Positions 38,247 through 51,073 of a stretch of DNA of 64,000 nucleotides are shown here, one piece after another. The position numbers were made by a program, and so were the translations under genes. A model generated the notes under the pieces. It was given only the letters and a program-made list of their open reading frames with translations. It did no database searches and had not been told where the DNA came from. This DNA is from Malacoraja senta (taxonomy: Eukaryota). Every line of letters begins with the position of its first letter. The stretch's first letter is position 1. The DNA lies in NCBI GenBank assembly GCA_038087875.1, contig JAXLNO010000252.1:124001-188000 (forward strand), given 5' to 3'.

Positions 38247-41200
38247 TTACACACCCGGAGCGGAACCGGAGCAGATTCTCAGCAACTTGCCTATATCACA
38301 AGGCCAGAAGAAAGGATACAGTTTCTCCGTGAATTTATTCCCAGTGAAGGTGTAGAGATGGGACTTGGTGTCCGCGTCGTAAAATGAAACTGTCCCGGAC
38401 TCGTAACTGAGATAAACTCCCACCCTCCCGGGGATGGGACGGGCGGGGAGAGGGGGATGGAGGGGAGGTGAATGCATCAAACCCGTCATCCCACCGCCTG
38501 ATCCTCCAGACTCCAGTCTCCGGGGTCACTGTGACCCGTCCCTTCCTCTCCTCAGACTCTGAGGCGACTCCCAGACACCACCACCGACTCTGGGCAGGAG
38601 GCGGGCCGACTTGTTACCTATTTCCTTCGCTCCATAGATGCTGCTGCACCCGCTGAGTTTCTCCAGCATTTTTGTGTACCTAAGAATTTGGACGTCGCAC
38701 GGCATCGGGCGGTGACGTCATCACGCAACGCCTCGCCGGGCGGTGACGTCATCGCGCAACGACACGCGCTAGGCGTACGCCGTAAAGACGCTGCGTACGG
38801 CGTCGAGACGTTGCGTACGGCGTCCAGACGTTGCGTACGACGTCGAGACGTTGCGTACGACGTCGAGGCGCTGCGTACGGCCTCAATGCGGCTGCGGGCC
38901 GACAGGCCGTTGTCGCGCAGGATTTTCGGAAAGTGCAAGATTGTTGGAGCCCCGCGCGATGTCGGGACCAGCCCCGCACAACTCCATACGCCTCCGGCGA
39001 TCGAAGTGGGACCGGCCCCGCGACGCTGTACGCCTCAAGCGGCCACGTTTGGTCGTGCTAGACACATACTATCGCATGCTGGTGGGACAGGCCCTTTACT
39101 TATTTTGCCAGTAGATGGCGAGGGAGAGGCAGATTGGAAGATGAGGAGACGGATGTGAGTGGTAATTACAGGTGGTTAAAGAGGATGTAGAGATGTGGGG
39201 TGGAGTTGCCGTGATCATACTGAACGGGAGTGGACTGGGCGGGCGAGGCAGTCTGCTACTGTTTACTTGCTTTCTTTAGTGGAGGGTGGATTTGATGCGT
39301 CTGTACAACCAAAAACACTCTGTTCTCATGGTGAAGCAATATATGAACGTCACTGAGGGACTTGACAATGTTTCACATGTAAGGCTGGTCCAGAAAGCAA
39401 AGGCAGGTGGGATCCAAGATGAGATGGTAAAATGGACCCACAATTGACTTGGTGGCTGGAGGTAGAAGATAGCGTAGAAGGATGATTGTTCTGCCTGGAG
39501 GTCCGTGACTGGTGGTGTGCAACAGAGATCGGTGCTGCAACCATTGCTGTTTATTTTATGTTTTCATGGCTTGGATGTGAATGTAGGAGGTGTGACTACT
39601 AACTTCGTGGATAACGGGTAATGTTGTGTATAGCAAGGAAGTCTGTCAAAGTCTGCAGCAGGATATAGGCTAGATCATCGAATCCTTCTTGTCATGCAGC
39701 GATATCAATACTGGAGGATGCAGTTTTATTCACACAAAGAGTTGTTAATACCTGGAATATTTTGCCAGAGGAGCTGATGGAATGAGATGTGATCACTACA
39801 TTTAAGAGGCATTGCGATTTAGCAAACGAGGTGTAGAATAATACGGTTCTAAATGGGATTTGTGTGGCTGGGAAAAAAGGTGGACATGGACGCGATGGGC
39901 CGAAGGGCCTGACTCTGTAATGTACAGCCATGGCTCTCTGCTCCAAGAGCACGGAATGACTGATTATCTATAGCCACCGGTGCAAGGAATTCCAAAGGTT
40001 GCCCAGTCTCTGCGTGCAGTAATGTTTCCCTGTCTCTGTCCTAAATGGTCCAGCCCACATTCTGAGAGGATGTCCGCTGGTTCCAGACCCCTCAGACAGG
40101 GGAAACATCCTCCCTGCATCCAGCCCACTGAGTAGGGCAAGAACTTTGTGTTTCCCAGACATCTCATCAAATACAATTGAACTCTCAAGCACACAGGCCG
40201 AGTCTACTCAATGTCACCCGCACAACAAATATCATTACGGAACCAAGTATTGCCAATCGTTGCTACACTCGCTTTGTGCAAAGGTTATCTTTGTACAAGT
40301 AGAAAAAAACAAAAGACAGGAAGAAAATAGGTGCGGAGTAGGCTCCGCCTCTCAGGCCTATCCTCTGTTCAATGTGATGATGGATGATCGAAGCTGGCTC
40401 CAGTTCCTCTTCAGTGTGACTTCCCCATAACCCTCAATTTAATGATCTTTCCAATATCGAACTATTTTCCCTTCACCTATATCCAAAAATCTGGCCTGTT
40501 GCCATCAATTAGGTCACACAATTCCAGATATTTATTGCTATGTTGGAGAAACAACTTCAACCCTCTGCGTGGTACGTGGTCTGGATGTTTGGTTCTGATC
40601 GAATCCAGGGCGAGTTACAGAATGGAGCACAACCGTGGTCTGAAGGTAGAAGACAGAGGGTGGTGGAGAAATGCTCTTCAGACTGCAGGCTCTCGCAAAG
40701 GGTGTGCCACAGAGCTCGACTCTATCTCCTTTGTTGGTCGTTATTTATACGAACGCTTTGTATGAGTATGTGGGTGCCACGGTTAGTAGGTTTGTGGAGG
40801 ACACTAAAATTGGTGGCGTCATGGAGAGTGAAGTAGGTGACCTGAGATGAAATGTGAACTTAATTAGCAGGTGTAATGGGCTGAAGAATGGAAGACAGAA
40901 TATTCTAAAGTCTAAAGATTGAGGGCATCAGTTTAAGGTGAGATGGTAAAGTTGGAAAAGGCATTGAAGGTCAATGTTTTCAGACAGTGGACGGTAGAGA
41001 GATAGAACGATATGCCAGAGGCGGAGGTGTAATGTTTGCATTTGTGGTTCTTAAATGTGTAATCAATAAGAAGAATGGAAACTGAACGAGTTTTACCTCG
41101 CTTAATGGCACAAGTTTCTCTCCACAGCGTGTTCAACACAAAGTGGTGATGAATCTTTTCAATCGGCAAGGCACCATCTGTCACTGACAATGTACGAACT

Positions 41201-43238
41201 TCATCACTAACCCTACAAATATTTAACAGCTTGTTAGAATCTGAGCTTCAACAATTTCGGAGCTGTTCGACAAAACATGCAGCGTTTCAATCAAGAGCGT
41301 GTCCTACCTTCTTCTCTGACCAGCTGCCTCCTGAAAGAAATAAGACACACATCTGAATAACAGACAGAACATCCACATCCCGACAGCAGAAATGGCACGC
41401 AGATTGCCACAAGATTCCTATTTACCAACTCTTATTGCGGTAGCCACACAGACATATAAAGGATATTTCCGTCGGGACAAAGAACCACGGGGGAAACACA
41501 AGGAACGTACATGAAAATGATGCCATCATTGAGAGGGTGCAAGTTACGGGCATGAATGAGAAGGTGGTGGGTGTTATCTGAAGAAGGTGCCAGGGAACGT
41601 AGGGATGGGGCGATTTAAGATTATCTATGGATTTAAATGGGTGGGGGGACAAATAATATTGCTACTTTTAGGGGGGTGGGAGATTGGAACCTTCACGTGG
41701 AACCCTGTTTCGACAAATGCACTCAACATGCACAATCAAATAAGATCAAATAGAACAAGTTGTCCTACAACTTTAGGCTGTGCACGCCATACGCAAGAAG
41801 AAGCAGCTACTTTTAGGGAGACCAAAATTCAAAGATGAAATATGGGATGGCCTTTAATAAATCCCATTAGTCATGCAGCAAAGGGAACGTGGAACTCATT
41901 CGCACAAAAGTGGCCGAAGCCAATATTGGAGATATATTGAAGAGGAAGCAGGATAAGCACAAGATATTTCCCCGTATTTGCCCCATCCGCTGCATGTTCA
42001 ATTCATGGTGACAGATGATAAATGATGATGTGTGCGCCACGTTCTAGATTTCAATGTTAATCCCCACAATGTGGTCATGGCTAATCTTGCCCAGGGCAGA
42101 ACTCCCCCTTTTTTCCCCATTCCCCTCATGTTCAATTCCTGGAAATTTCAAGAAAAAATGTCTCTCCTTCTGGTTCAAATACTGCTCACAGTTTCAATCC
42201 CCAAAAGTATCTGGGTTGGAGAATTCCAGAGATTCACTGCTCTCTATCCAGTCGTGTACCTTGGGGACAATGGTGAAACGACTCTTCATTCTTTTCAACT
42301 GCAAGGAATATCGATCCAACCTCTGCAGATGAGACAAGCCCCCCTCATCCTGCAATTATCCCGGTGATTCGCTTTTGTTTTGCCTCCAATGCTGTAACAT
42401 CATTTCATGGTTAAGGTAATGTAATCTACGCAAAATGCTCCCTATGTGGCTCGGATAATTGTGACTACCACCCCCCCCCCTTACAAGATTCTACAAGTAT
42501 ATTATCAGCAGAAGAATAACCGGGGGAACTATTCCCCTTTAAGAGCAAAAAGGATAACTTGGGATGGAACAGGTCCAATTAAGTGCTGTTAAGGAAGACA
42601 AATTCCAATGAGTGTCCTAGGCTAAAATTATTCGACTGCCTTCACGGGGATGTTCTAACACCACAAACTCCTTTTCCTCTCACGCTGACCACACAGAAGA
42701 CTTTCCCAATTGGTCTTATGATTCCTGCAGATTTTCCATCTATTCGGGGAAATAATACACGCTCACTAACTCAGTGACAAGATCACAGCGATTCTTTCTC
42801 AAGGAGTTTGCAGGCTGTCCTGAGACCCCATAGTTTATGCAGGAGGCCATTGAGTTTTGGAACAACAGCAGCACATCACTGGAACAGACGGAACATTGAC
42901 CCAGCTCTGAATTACTGGTAAATGATGCATTAATTTCAGAAATGTCACCCACCATGTTGTGACTGTGCAGTTTGACTTCGCCTAACTGTAGTGTAACCCC
43001 TCACCTTCAGAAATATCCCGTTGTCTTTTTGATCTATCTGTCCCTGCAACGTTGAGAGTTCCTTTTGGATGGAATTTAAATTCGCTTGAATCTCTTGAAG
43101 CCTTTTCTCCATTGCGTTCCGAATTTTCTCCTCTTCTTTCCGGATATCTGCGAGTACACGTCGCTCTTTCTCAGTGAAAATCTGGTGCAGTTCAGCAAAC
43201 TGGAATGTGATCTGTGACTGAAGGTTGTGTGACTGTTC
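38247..43238 (-). pseudogene. TRIM-B remnant: exons 43005-43238, 41308-41330, 41097-41212 and a partial SPRY exon at about 38247-38590
   Basis: Exon sizes (234/23/116 nt) and sequence parallel TRIM-A. The SPRY piece WCLGVASES...GVWRI / [40 protein letters not shown] has a frameshift near 38455 and lacks the PRY portion. No RING/B-box exons found upstream. Confidence 0.8.
38688..39095. mobile_element. Putative non-autonomous DNA transposon end (PIF/Harbinger-like) with internal 20-bp tandem repeats
   Basis: Ends in GTGGGACAGGCCC followed by TTTA; CpG-rich quasi-palindromic 20-mers. Only one terminus is seen. Confidence 0.45.
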
Positions 43239-44149
43239 CTGTGAAATGAAAGGTGAAGATCAAGATATAATGTTACTGTATTGTGTTTCCTCACGATATG
43301 CGAGGGGATAGTTGGCCATTCAACCTTGTGGCATGGAGCACAGAAATAAGCCATTTGGCCCAACATGTCCATGCTGCCGACCGTAGTGATCTAGTATAGT
43401 CCCACATTCACTTGGATTTAATCCATATCTTTAATTACCGTGGTAATTCAAATCCTTGTCCAAATGCTTCTGAAATGTTGTGAAAGTAATCTACACACCC
43501 ACCCTTCCCACCCCAACAGTCCAATTCACTGCAGCTTATTCCAGTTCGCCTGCCTGTTCATTTCCACTCATTCGCCCACCACCCACTTTCACGAACACAA
43601 CATACAGTTACGGTCTGGTCATCAAACCCGCCTGACTTTGGGATGTGGAATGAATCCCACGCTGTCAAAGGGAGAACGCGTGAATAACACGGACAGCACC
43701 GAGGACAAACTGGAACCACGGCACCAGAACAAGGAGACACCAGCAAGGCGTATTTGTTATACCTGACTCAACCACCTCCTATGGCAGTGCGTTCCATGCG
43801 CCCTGTGTGAAAAAGATGCCCCTTAATTCGTAGGAAATCTTTCTCCTCACACATTAAACCTATGTACTCTGATCCTTGATTCCGCTGCTAAGGATAAAAG
43901 TGTACAGTTCACAAGATAGAGAGGTAGAATTAGGTGATTCGACCCATCGATTCTACTCCGCCACTCAATCATAGCTGATCTCTGCCTCCTAATCCCATTT
44001 TCCTGCCTTCTCCCCATAACCCTGACACCCTTTCCAATCAAAAAATGGTCTCTCTCTGCCTCAAAAACTTCCAATGACTTGGCCTCCACAACCCTCTGCG
44101 GCAATGAGTTCCAAAGATTAATTACCCTCTGACAAAATATGTTTAGTTT

Positions 44150-44430
44150 TTTTTAGTTTAGAGATAAAACGCGAAAACAGTTTCGGCCCACCGGGTCCGC
44201 GCCGACCAGCAATCCCCACACATTAACAATTTTTACATTTACCAAGCCTATTAACCTACAACCCTGCACGTCTTTGGAGTGTGGGAGGAAACCGAAGATC
44301 TCGGAGAAAACGTCACGGAGAGAACTTACAAACTCCATGCAGACACCACCCATAGTCGGGATCCAACCCGGGTCTCCGGCGCTGCATTCGCTGTAAGGCA
44401 GCAACTCTACTGCTGCGCCACCATGACCGC
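44150..44430 (-). mobile_element. tRNA-derived SINE (related copies at about 32430-32570, 37510-37640 and 58090-58265)
   Basis: Minus-strand head GGTGGCGCAGCAGTAGAGTTGCTGCC...GACCCGGGTTGGATCCC with Pol III A/B-box-like motifs, repeated through the window. Confidence 0.7.
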
Positions 44431-44898
44431 TTTTCTAAGTTATCTCTGGGTGAAAAAGTTTTTCCTCATCTCCGTTCTAAATGGCTTACCCCTTAATCTT
44501 AACCAGTCGCACCTTGTTCTGGAATCCCCCAAAATTGATAACACATTTTCTGCCTCTAGCATGTCAAAATCCTTAATAATCTTATATGTTTCAATAAAAT
44601 CTCCTCTCATCCTTCCAATTTTAAGTGTATACAAGCCCAGCCGCTCCATTCTATCAACATATGACAATCCCGCCATCCCAGGAATTAACCTGGTGAACCT
44701 ACGCTGCACTCCCTCAATAGCAAGAATGTCCTTCCTCAAATTTGGAGTCCAAAACTGCACAGAATACTCCAGGTGTGGTCTCACTAGGGCCCTGTACTAC
44801 TCTTTCCTCCTGTACTCAACTCCTCTTGTTGTGAAGGACAACATGCCATTCGCTTTCTTCACTGCCTGCTTACCTGCATGCTTACTTTCAGGAGGCTA

Positions 44899-47800
44899 GT
44901 CGTATAAGCCGAGCCTGTCCAGGATTCTTGCAGGCCTAACTGGTGCCCAGGATTCATTGGTCCCACCCAGCCTCTTCCCCTCTCTGGATTACATGACTTC
45001 CCAAAAACCAGGTGTCCAGAGGTTAATCTGCAAATCCTCAAGTTTAACACCAACAATGGAAGTCGAAACAAGGTTTTCTCCCAGGTGGGCCACTTACTAC
45101 AGTGTCGACTATTTTAGACACTGTATTTTCACTTTTTAATTTTTTTTAATGTTATTATTAATATCACATAAACTCACATGTTTGTGTTTTGTGTTTAGTG
45201 ATAAGCGTAAAGGGGACATGCCAACAAAACTTAGAAAGTCAAAGGTTCCCCCAATACCCAAAGACCTTGGATATGGATGCACCACAAGATTTAAAGGTAC
45301 TATAATTAATCAAAATGCTAGATCCTAAACAAAAGAACCTAGGAGGAGTCTCATTCTGTAGTTGGAATATAAGAGGTATTAACGAACCTATCAAAAGGGG
45401 TAAGATACTAGCTCAGCTGGACCTGTACAACTCTGACATTATTTTCTTACAAGAAACTCATCTAAAATCTCATGATCAAGTTAGGTTGGGGGCGAAATTG
45501 ATAGGTCAAACATACCATTCTTCATATACTTCGAAATCTAGAGGTACGTCAATCATTATTAGAAAAGGTATACCATTCAAAGCAAAGAATACCATAACAG
45601 ATATTGAAGGGAGATATTTAATAGTTAGTGGAGAAATTCATGACACTCCAATTACTTTGGTAAATATATACGCGTCTAACTTTGATAATCCTCATTTCTT
45701 CAATAAAATTCTGAACATAATCGCAGAGTTTAATTATCAAAATGTTATAATAGGAGGAGACTTTAACTGTGTTTTAGATCCGTATTTAGACAAATCAAGC
45801 CAAAAACAGAGAGGGAATACGAAATCTAAAACCGGTGAACTGTTAAATACGTATATAAACAATACTAATATAGCAGATGTTTGTAGAACTGTTAATCCAA
45901 CTGGCAGGGAATACTCGTTTTATTCAATGGTACATAAAACATACTCACGTATAGATTATTTCCTGGTGGACACAAAATTAATACCTCACACTTTGAACCC
46001 AACATACCATACAAATTCGATTTCAGACCATTCACCACTAACTTTCTTTTTAAAACTGGAAGGAATGTCTAATAATAAACTGTTTTGGAGATTTAATTCT
46101 CAAATCCTAAAAGATCCTCAAGCGAGTATATATTTAAAAGAACAAATGGACGCCTTTTTTGAAATAATTGATACTCCAGATATATCGCCTACTGTATTAT
46201 GGGAATCTTTTAAAGCATACATTAGAGGTATTATAATCTCATATCAAGCTTTTCAAAATAAAAAGAATAAGAATGAACAAAGACAGTTAGAAGAACTTAT
46301 TAGACAAATGGATATAGATAATGCTAAATATCCATCAATAGATAAACATAATAAAATAATAATTTTGAAATTTAAATTAAATAAACTATTATCTGCCAAA
46401 CTTATAAGACTTTTTCAAATTACAAAACAAGAGCACTTTGAATTTGGGGATAAACCGCATAAACTTTTGACCCGCCAGCTAAAAAAACGAGAAAAAGAAC
46501 ATACGATACTAAAGATCAAATCAGACAGAGGGGAATTACTAACCATGCCGAAGGATATTAATAAAAGATTTGCGCAATTTTATGCGAGTTTGTATACATC
46601 TAAAACGACAACTGACCCCAATAAAATTACAGAGTTTTTGGATAATTGTAATCTTCCAAAGTTAGAGTTGAAGGAACAAGAGGATTTGGGTGCACAAATT
46701 TCAATTAATGAATTAGAAGATACAATAAACTCAATAAAGAATGGAAAAACACCAGGTCCTGATGGATTTACTAATGAATTTTATAAAAGCTTCTGTTAAA
46801 ATTATACCACGATTACAAAAAATGTACCAATATGCTTTAAAAAAACAAATACTACCTGATACATTAGCTGAATCAACGATTACACTAATACTTAAAAAAG
46901 ACAAAGATATAGAAGAACCGGGTTCATATAGAGCTATAGCATTGTTAAACACAGATCAAAAAATATTAGCGAAAACATTAGCTAGAAGATTAAGTAAATA
47001 TATTAGTAAACTAATAAACCCAGATCATACGGGGTTTATCCCTAAGAGATATTCATCTAACAATATGAGACATTTACTCAACATAATGCACTCACATAAA
47101 TCTGAAGAACAAGAATTATCAATTATTTCTCTGGACGCTGAAAAAGCATTTGACCAAGTAGAATGGAATTATATGGATAAAGTATTACAAAAATTCCAAC
47201 TGGGAGAGAATTTTATTCTATGGATTAAATTATTATATAATAAACCTACAGCTAGAATATTAACTAATAACATATTATCCTCGAAATTTCAACTATCAAG
47301 GGGAAATAGACAAGGATGCTCATTATCACCACAGTTGTTTGCTCTTATTATTGAACCGTTAGCAGAAAAAATTAGAATACATCCTGATATCCATGGGTAT
47401 AATACTAAATATTCAAATAATAAAATATCTTTATACGCGGATGATATATTACTGTACATTACAAAACCTCAAATCACTATACCAAATATATTAAAATTTA
47501 ATTGAAGATTTGGATCTTTTTCTGGATACCGAATAAATTGGAATAAAAGTGAAATTATGTCAATAAAACCGAAAGACTCAACACATCTTTTAAAATTCCC
47601 TTTTAAAATAGCTACAGAAAAATTTAAATACTTGGGAATCGAAATTACTAGAACATATCAAGGTATGTTTAAAGCAAATTTTGATCCTCTACTTAATAAA
47701 TTAAACACACTAATTAAATTTTGGAAAACGCTCCCGATGTCTTTAATAGGCCGAATAAATTTTATACCTATTTCAATCGATTCCTATATACCTACCAAAG

Positions 47801-49462
47801 AAGGGTTTTTTTAAATTGGACTCAGATATCACTAATTTTATATGGGACTATAAATCACATAGAATACAAAGAACTCACTTGAACAAACCTAAAGTATTAG
47901 GGGGCTTAGCACTACATAATTTCATGTATTATTATTGGTCAGTAAATATTAAAAATATGATTCAACTGATGGATAACTCTGCCCAGCAAGTGGACTGGAT
48001 TGTAATGGAGAGAGAGGATTGCTCCTCTGGAAACATTGGAGCGATCCTCCTCTCACCAATGAAACTGAATAACATAAATTATAATAAAAACCCAATTATA
48101 CATAGCACAATCAGAACTTGGAAACAAATAAAACAAAATTTAAAATTAAGAAATTTATCACTTTTATCTCCCATAGTTAATAATCCTTCGTTTAATCCCT
48201 CTATTATAGATACATCTTTCACACACTGGGATAGACTAGGAATTAAAACGTTCAGTGACCTGTATGAAACTGGAAAATTACTATCATTTCAACAATTACA
48301 AATAAAATATAAACTCGGAAATAATCAATATTTTAAATATTTTCAAATATGCGACTATTTGAAAAAATATACAAAAGATCATTATAATAGCCCAGCAGAT
48401 GTATTGGATGATGCAATGCAGATAAAAGCTGAATCAGCAAACTTAATATCATATTTGTATAATATTATCTTAAATGTAGAAATAACATCTACGGAAGGTA
48501 TCAGAAGAGACTGGGAACAAGAATTAGCTATTAAAATTTCAAAGGAAAGGTGGAATGAACACTTATTAAACGTGCATAAATGTTCGATTAATGTAAGACA
48601 CACTTTAATACAATTTAAAATTTTACATAGATTATATTATTCCAAAACTAAAATCCATAAAATTTTCCCAAATGTATCATCCATTTGTGATAAATGTCAA
48701 TCCCAAGACGCTACTATAGCGCACTCGTTTGTTTTCTGTACAAAAATTCAAAATTTTGGATTGAAATTTTTGAAATCTTTACAAAATTATTTAAAATAAA
48801 ACTGATACCCAAAGCAGAATGGATTATCTTCGGAATAACGGAAGATAGTCCAGAACTAAATGTGTTCCAAAAGAAACTAACAGACTATGGGTTAATAACT
48901 GGAAAAAAGCTAATCCTAAAATTTTGGAAAAAGGCTCCAATACCAACTATGTGGATTTCAAATATGTTCGAAACATTACACCTAGAAGAGATAAGACTCC
49001 TCCTGGCAGGTAAATCAGATCACTTCCACCTGACGTGGTCTGCATTTATAGAATTATTACAAATATAGGGTGCAAAAGTACCGTAAAAAAAAACTGAGGT
49101 CAGGTAAGGGGGGATGAAAGTTGGAGAGTTGGTATGTCCCATTTGCGTGATGCTTACAAAAACTATTTGTTTTTCTCTTTTCCCTCTTTCTCTTTCTTCT
49201 TCTTTTCCAGGGTCTATTTCTTAACTCTTTTTCTTTTGTTTTTAATTTTGTTCTTATAGGGTCTTCGTTCTTTCTTGTTGTCACGTTTTTTACACTTTCA
49301 CCTTTTCCTTCACTTTCTTCCTTCTCTCAATCTCATCCTTTCCCTTTATTAGTGTAAAAAACAAACGGAGTACATTAATTGTAAGAAGATATACGTGACG
49401 AGTACTAATGTAATTGGTTGTAATGTAATGTACCTCTAATAAATATATATATATTTTTTAAA
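44899..49462 (+). mobile_element. 5'-truncated L1 (ORF2 45315-49068, frameshifted), related subfamily
   Basis: APE (SWNIRG, GGDFN, SDH), RT (YADD) and Cys-rich C-terminus; T-rich 3' UTR and AATAAA near 49438. Confidence 0.92.
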
Positions 49463-50077
49463 GATGAGTATTGGAGCAAAGAGGCCCTTCTGCAATTGTA
49501 CAGGGCCCTAGTGAGACCACACCTGCAGTATTGTGTTTAGTTTTGGTCGCCTAATGTGAGGAAGGACATTCTTGCTTTTGAGGGAGTGCAGCGTAGGTTC
49601 ACCAGGTTAATGCCCGGGATGGCGGGACAGTCATATGCTGAGAGCTTGGAGCGGCTGGGCTTGTATACTCTGGAATTTAGAAGTATGGGAGGGAATCTTA
49701 TTGAACATATAAGATTATTACGGGTTTGGACACGCTAGAGGCAGGAAACATGTTCCCGATGTTGGGGGAGTCCAGAACCAGGGGCCACAGTTTAAGAATA
49801 AGGGATAAGCCATTTAGAACGGAAATGAGGAAACAGATTTTTCACACAGAGAGTTGTGTTTCTGTGGAATTCTCTGCCTCAGAGGGCGGTGAAGGCCGGT
49901 TCTCTGGATACTTTCAACAGAGAGCTAGATAGGGCTCTTAAAGATAGCGGTGTCAGGGGATATGGGGAGAAGGCACGAACGGGGTATTGATTGGGGACGA
50001 TCAGCCATGATCACAGTGAATGGCGGTGCTGGCTCGAAGGGCCGAATGGTCTACTCTTGCACCTATTGTCTATAGTA

Positions 50078-50505
50078 TCCCCTCCCCTCTCCCCTGTCTC
50101 TCCCCTCCCCTGTCTCTCCCCTCCCCCTCTCCCCCCCCATCTCCTCTCCACTCCCCCTCCCCCCTCCCCCCTCTCCCTCTCACCTCTCCCCCTCCCCTCT
50201 CACCTCTCCCCCTCCCCTCCCCCCTCCCCCTCCCCCATCTCCCCTCCCCCATCTCCCCTCCCCCTCTCCCCTATCCCCTCCCCCCTCCCCCTCCCCCCTC
50301 CCCCTCCCCCTCCCCATCTCCCCTCCCCCATCTCCCCGCCCCCTCTCCCCTCCCCCTCTCCCCTCCCCCTCCCCCTCTCCCCATCTCCCCTCCCTCTCTC
50401 CCCTCTCCCCTCCCCTCTCCCCTCCCCTCTCCCCTCCCCCTCCCCCTCCCCCTCCCCCTCCCTCTCCCCTCCCCCTCCCCCTCTCCCCCTCTCCCCTCCC
50501 CCTCG
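50078..50505. repeat. Polypyrimidine (CCCCT/CTCCC)n low-complexity tract
   Basis: Almost pure C/T on the plus strand, with G-runs on the minus strand. Confidence 0.95.
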
Positions 50506-50511
50506 CTACCA

Positions 50512-50675
50512 GGGGATTTCCACCGGTTTCACCTTCACTGCGAAGCTGCAGCGGGGCGGGGCTGCCAGCCGTGTCACTGGCCAATGGGAGCAGAGCGCGT
50601 CTGTGAGTCATCAGTTGCTGGGTAGAGCGAGGATGTATAGGTTGAGTTTGTGTCTCTGGATAGCCCCGCCCCCGC
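50512..50675. promoter_or_regulatory. Candidate immune-inducible promoter/enhancer motif cluster
   Basis: GGGGATTTCC (kB, 50512-50521), GGTTTCACCTTCAC (ISRE-like, 50525-50538), GGGGCGGGG (50553-50561), CCAAT (50581-50585), TGAGTCA (AP-1, 50604-50610), reverse GC box at about 50663. Confidence 0.45.
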
Positions 50676-51073
50676 TGCTGCTGCTGCTGCTGCTGTTGCT
50701 GCCGCCTAAAGGCAGCGCCAGCCCTTCTATTCAGTCAGCAGTGGACTGAATGCAGAAGATGGACACCATATTCTGGAGTAACTCAGCGGGACAGGCAGCA
50801 TCTCTGGTGAAAAGGAATGAATCCATTCCCGTGAGATGCTGCCTGTCCGTTGAGTTACTCCAGCATTTTGTGTCTAACTTCGGTTTAAACCAGCATCATA
50901 TACAATAGACAATAGTTGTAAGAGTAGGCCATTTGGCCCTTCGAGCCAGCACCTTCGAGCCAGAAGGGTTTCGGCCCGAAACGTTGCCTATTTCCTTCGC
51001 TCCATAGATGCTGCTGCACCCGCTGAGTTTCGCCAGCTTTTTTTTGTGTACCTCCGCCATTCATTATGATCAT

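Noticed and set aside
38787..38880. CRISPR-like palindromic repeats
   Set aside because: Head-to-tail units with no unique spacers, no cas genes and a eukaryotic context.
49991..50625. Pro/Ser-rich and Gly/Arg/Glu-rich ORFs
   Set aside because: Artifacts of the polypyrimidine low-complexity tract.
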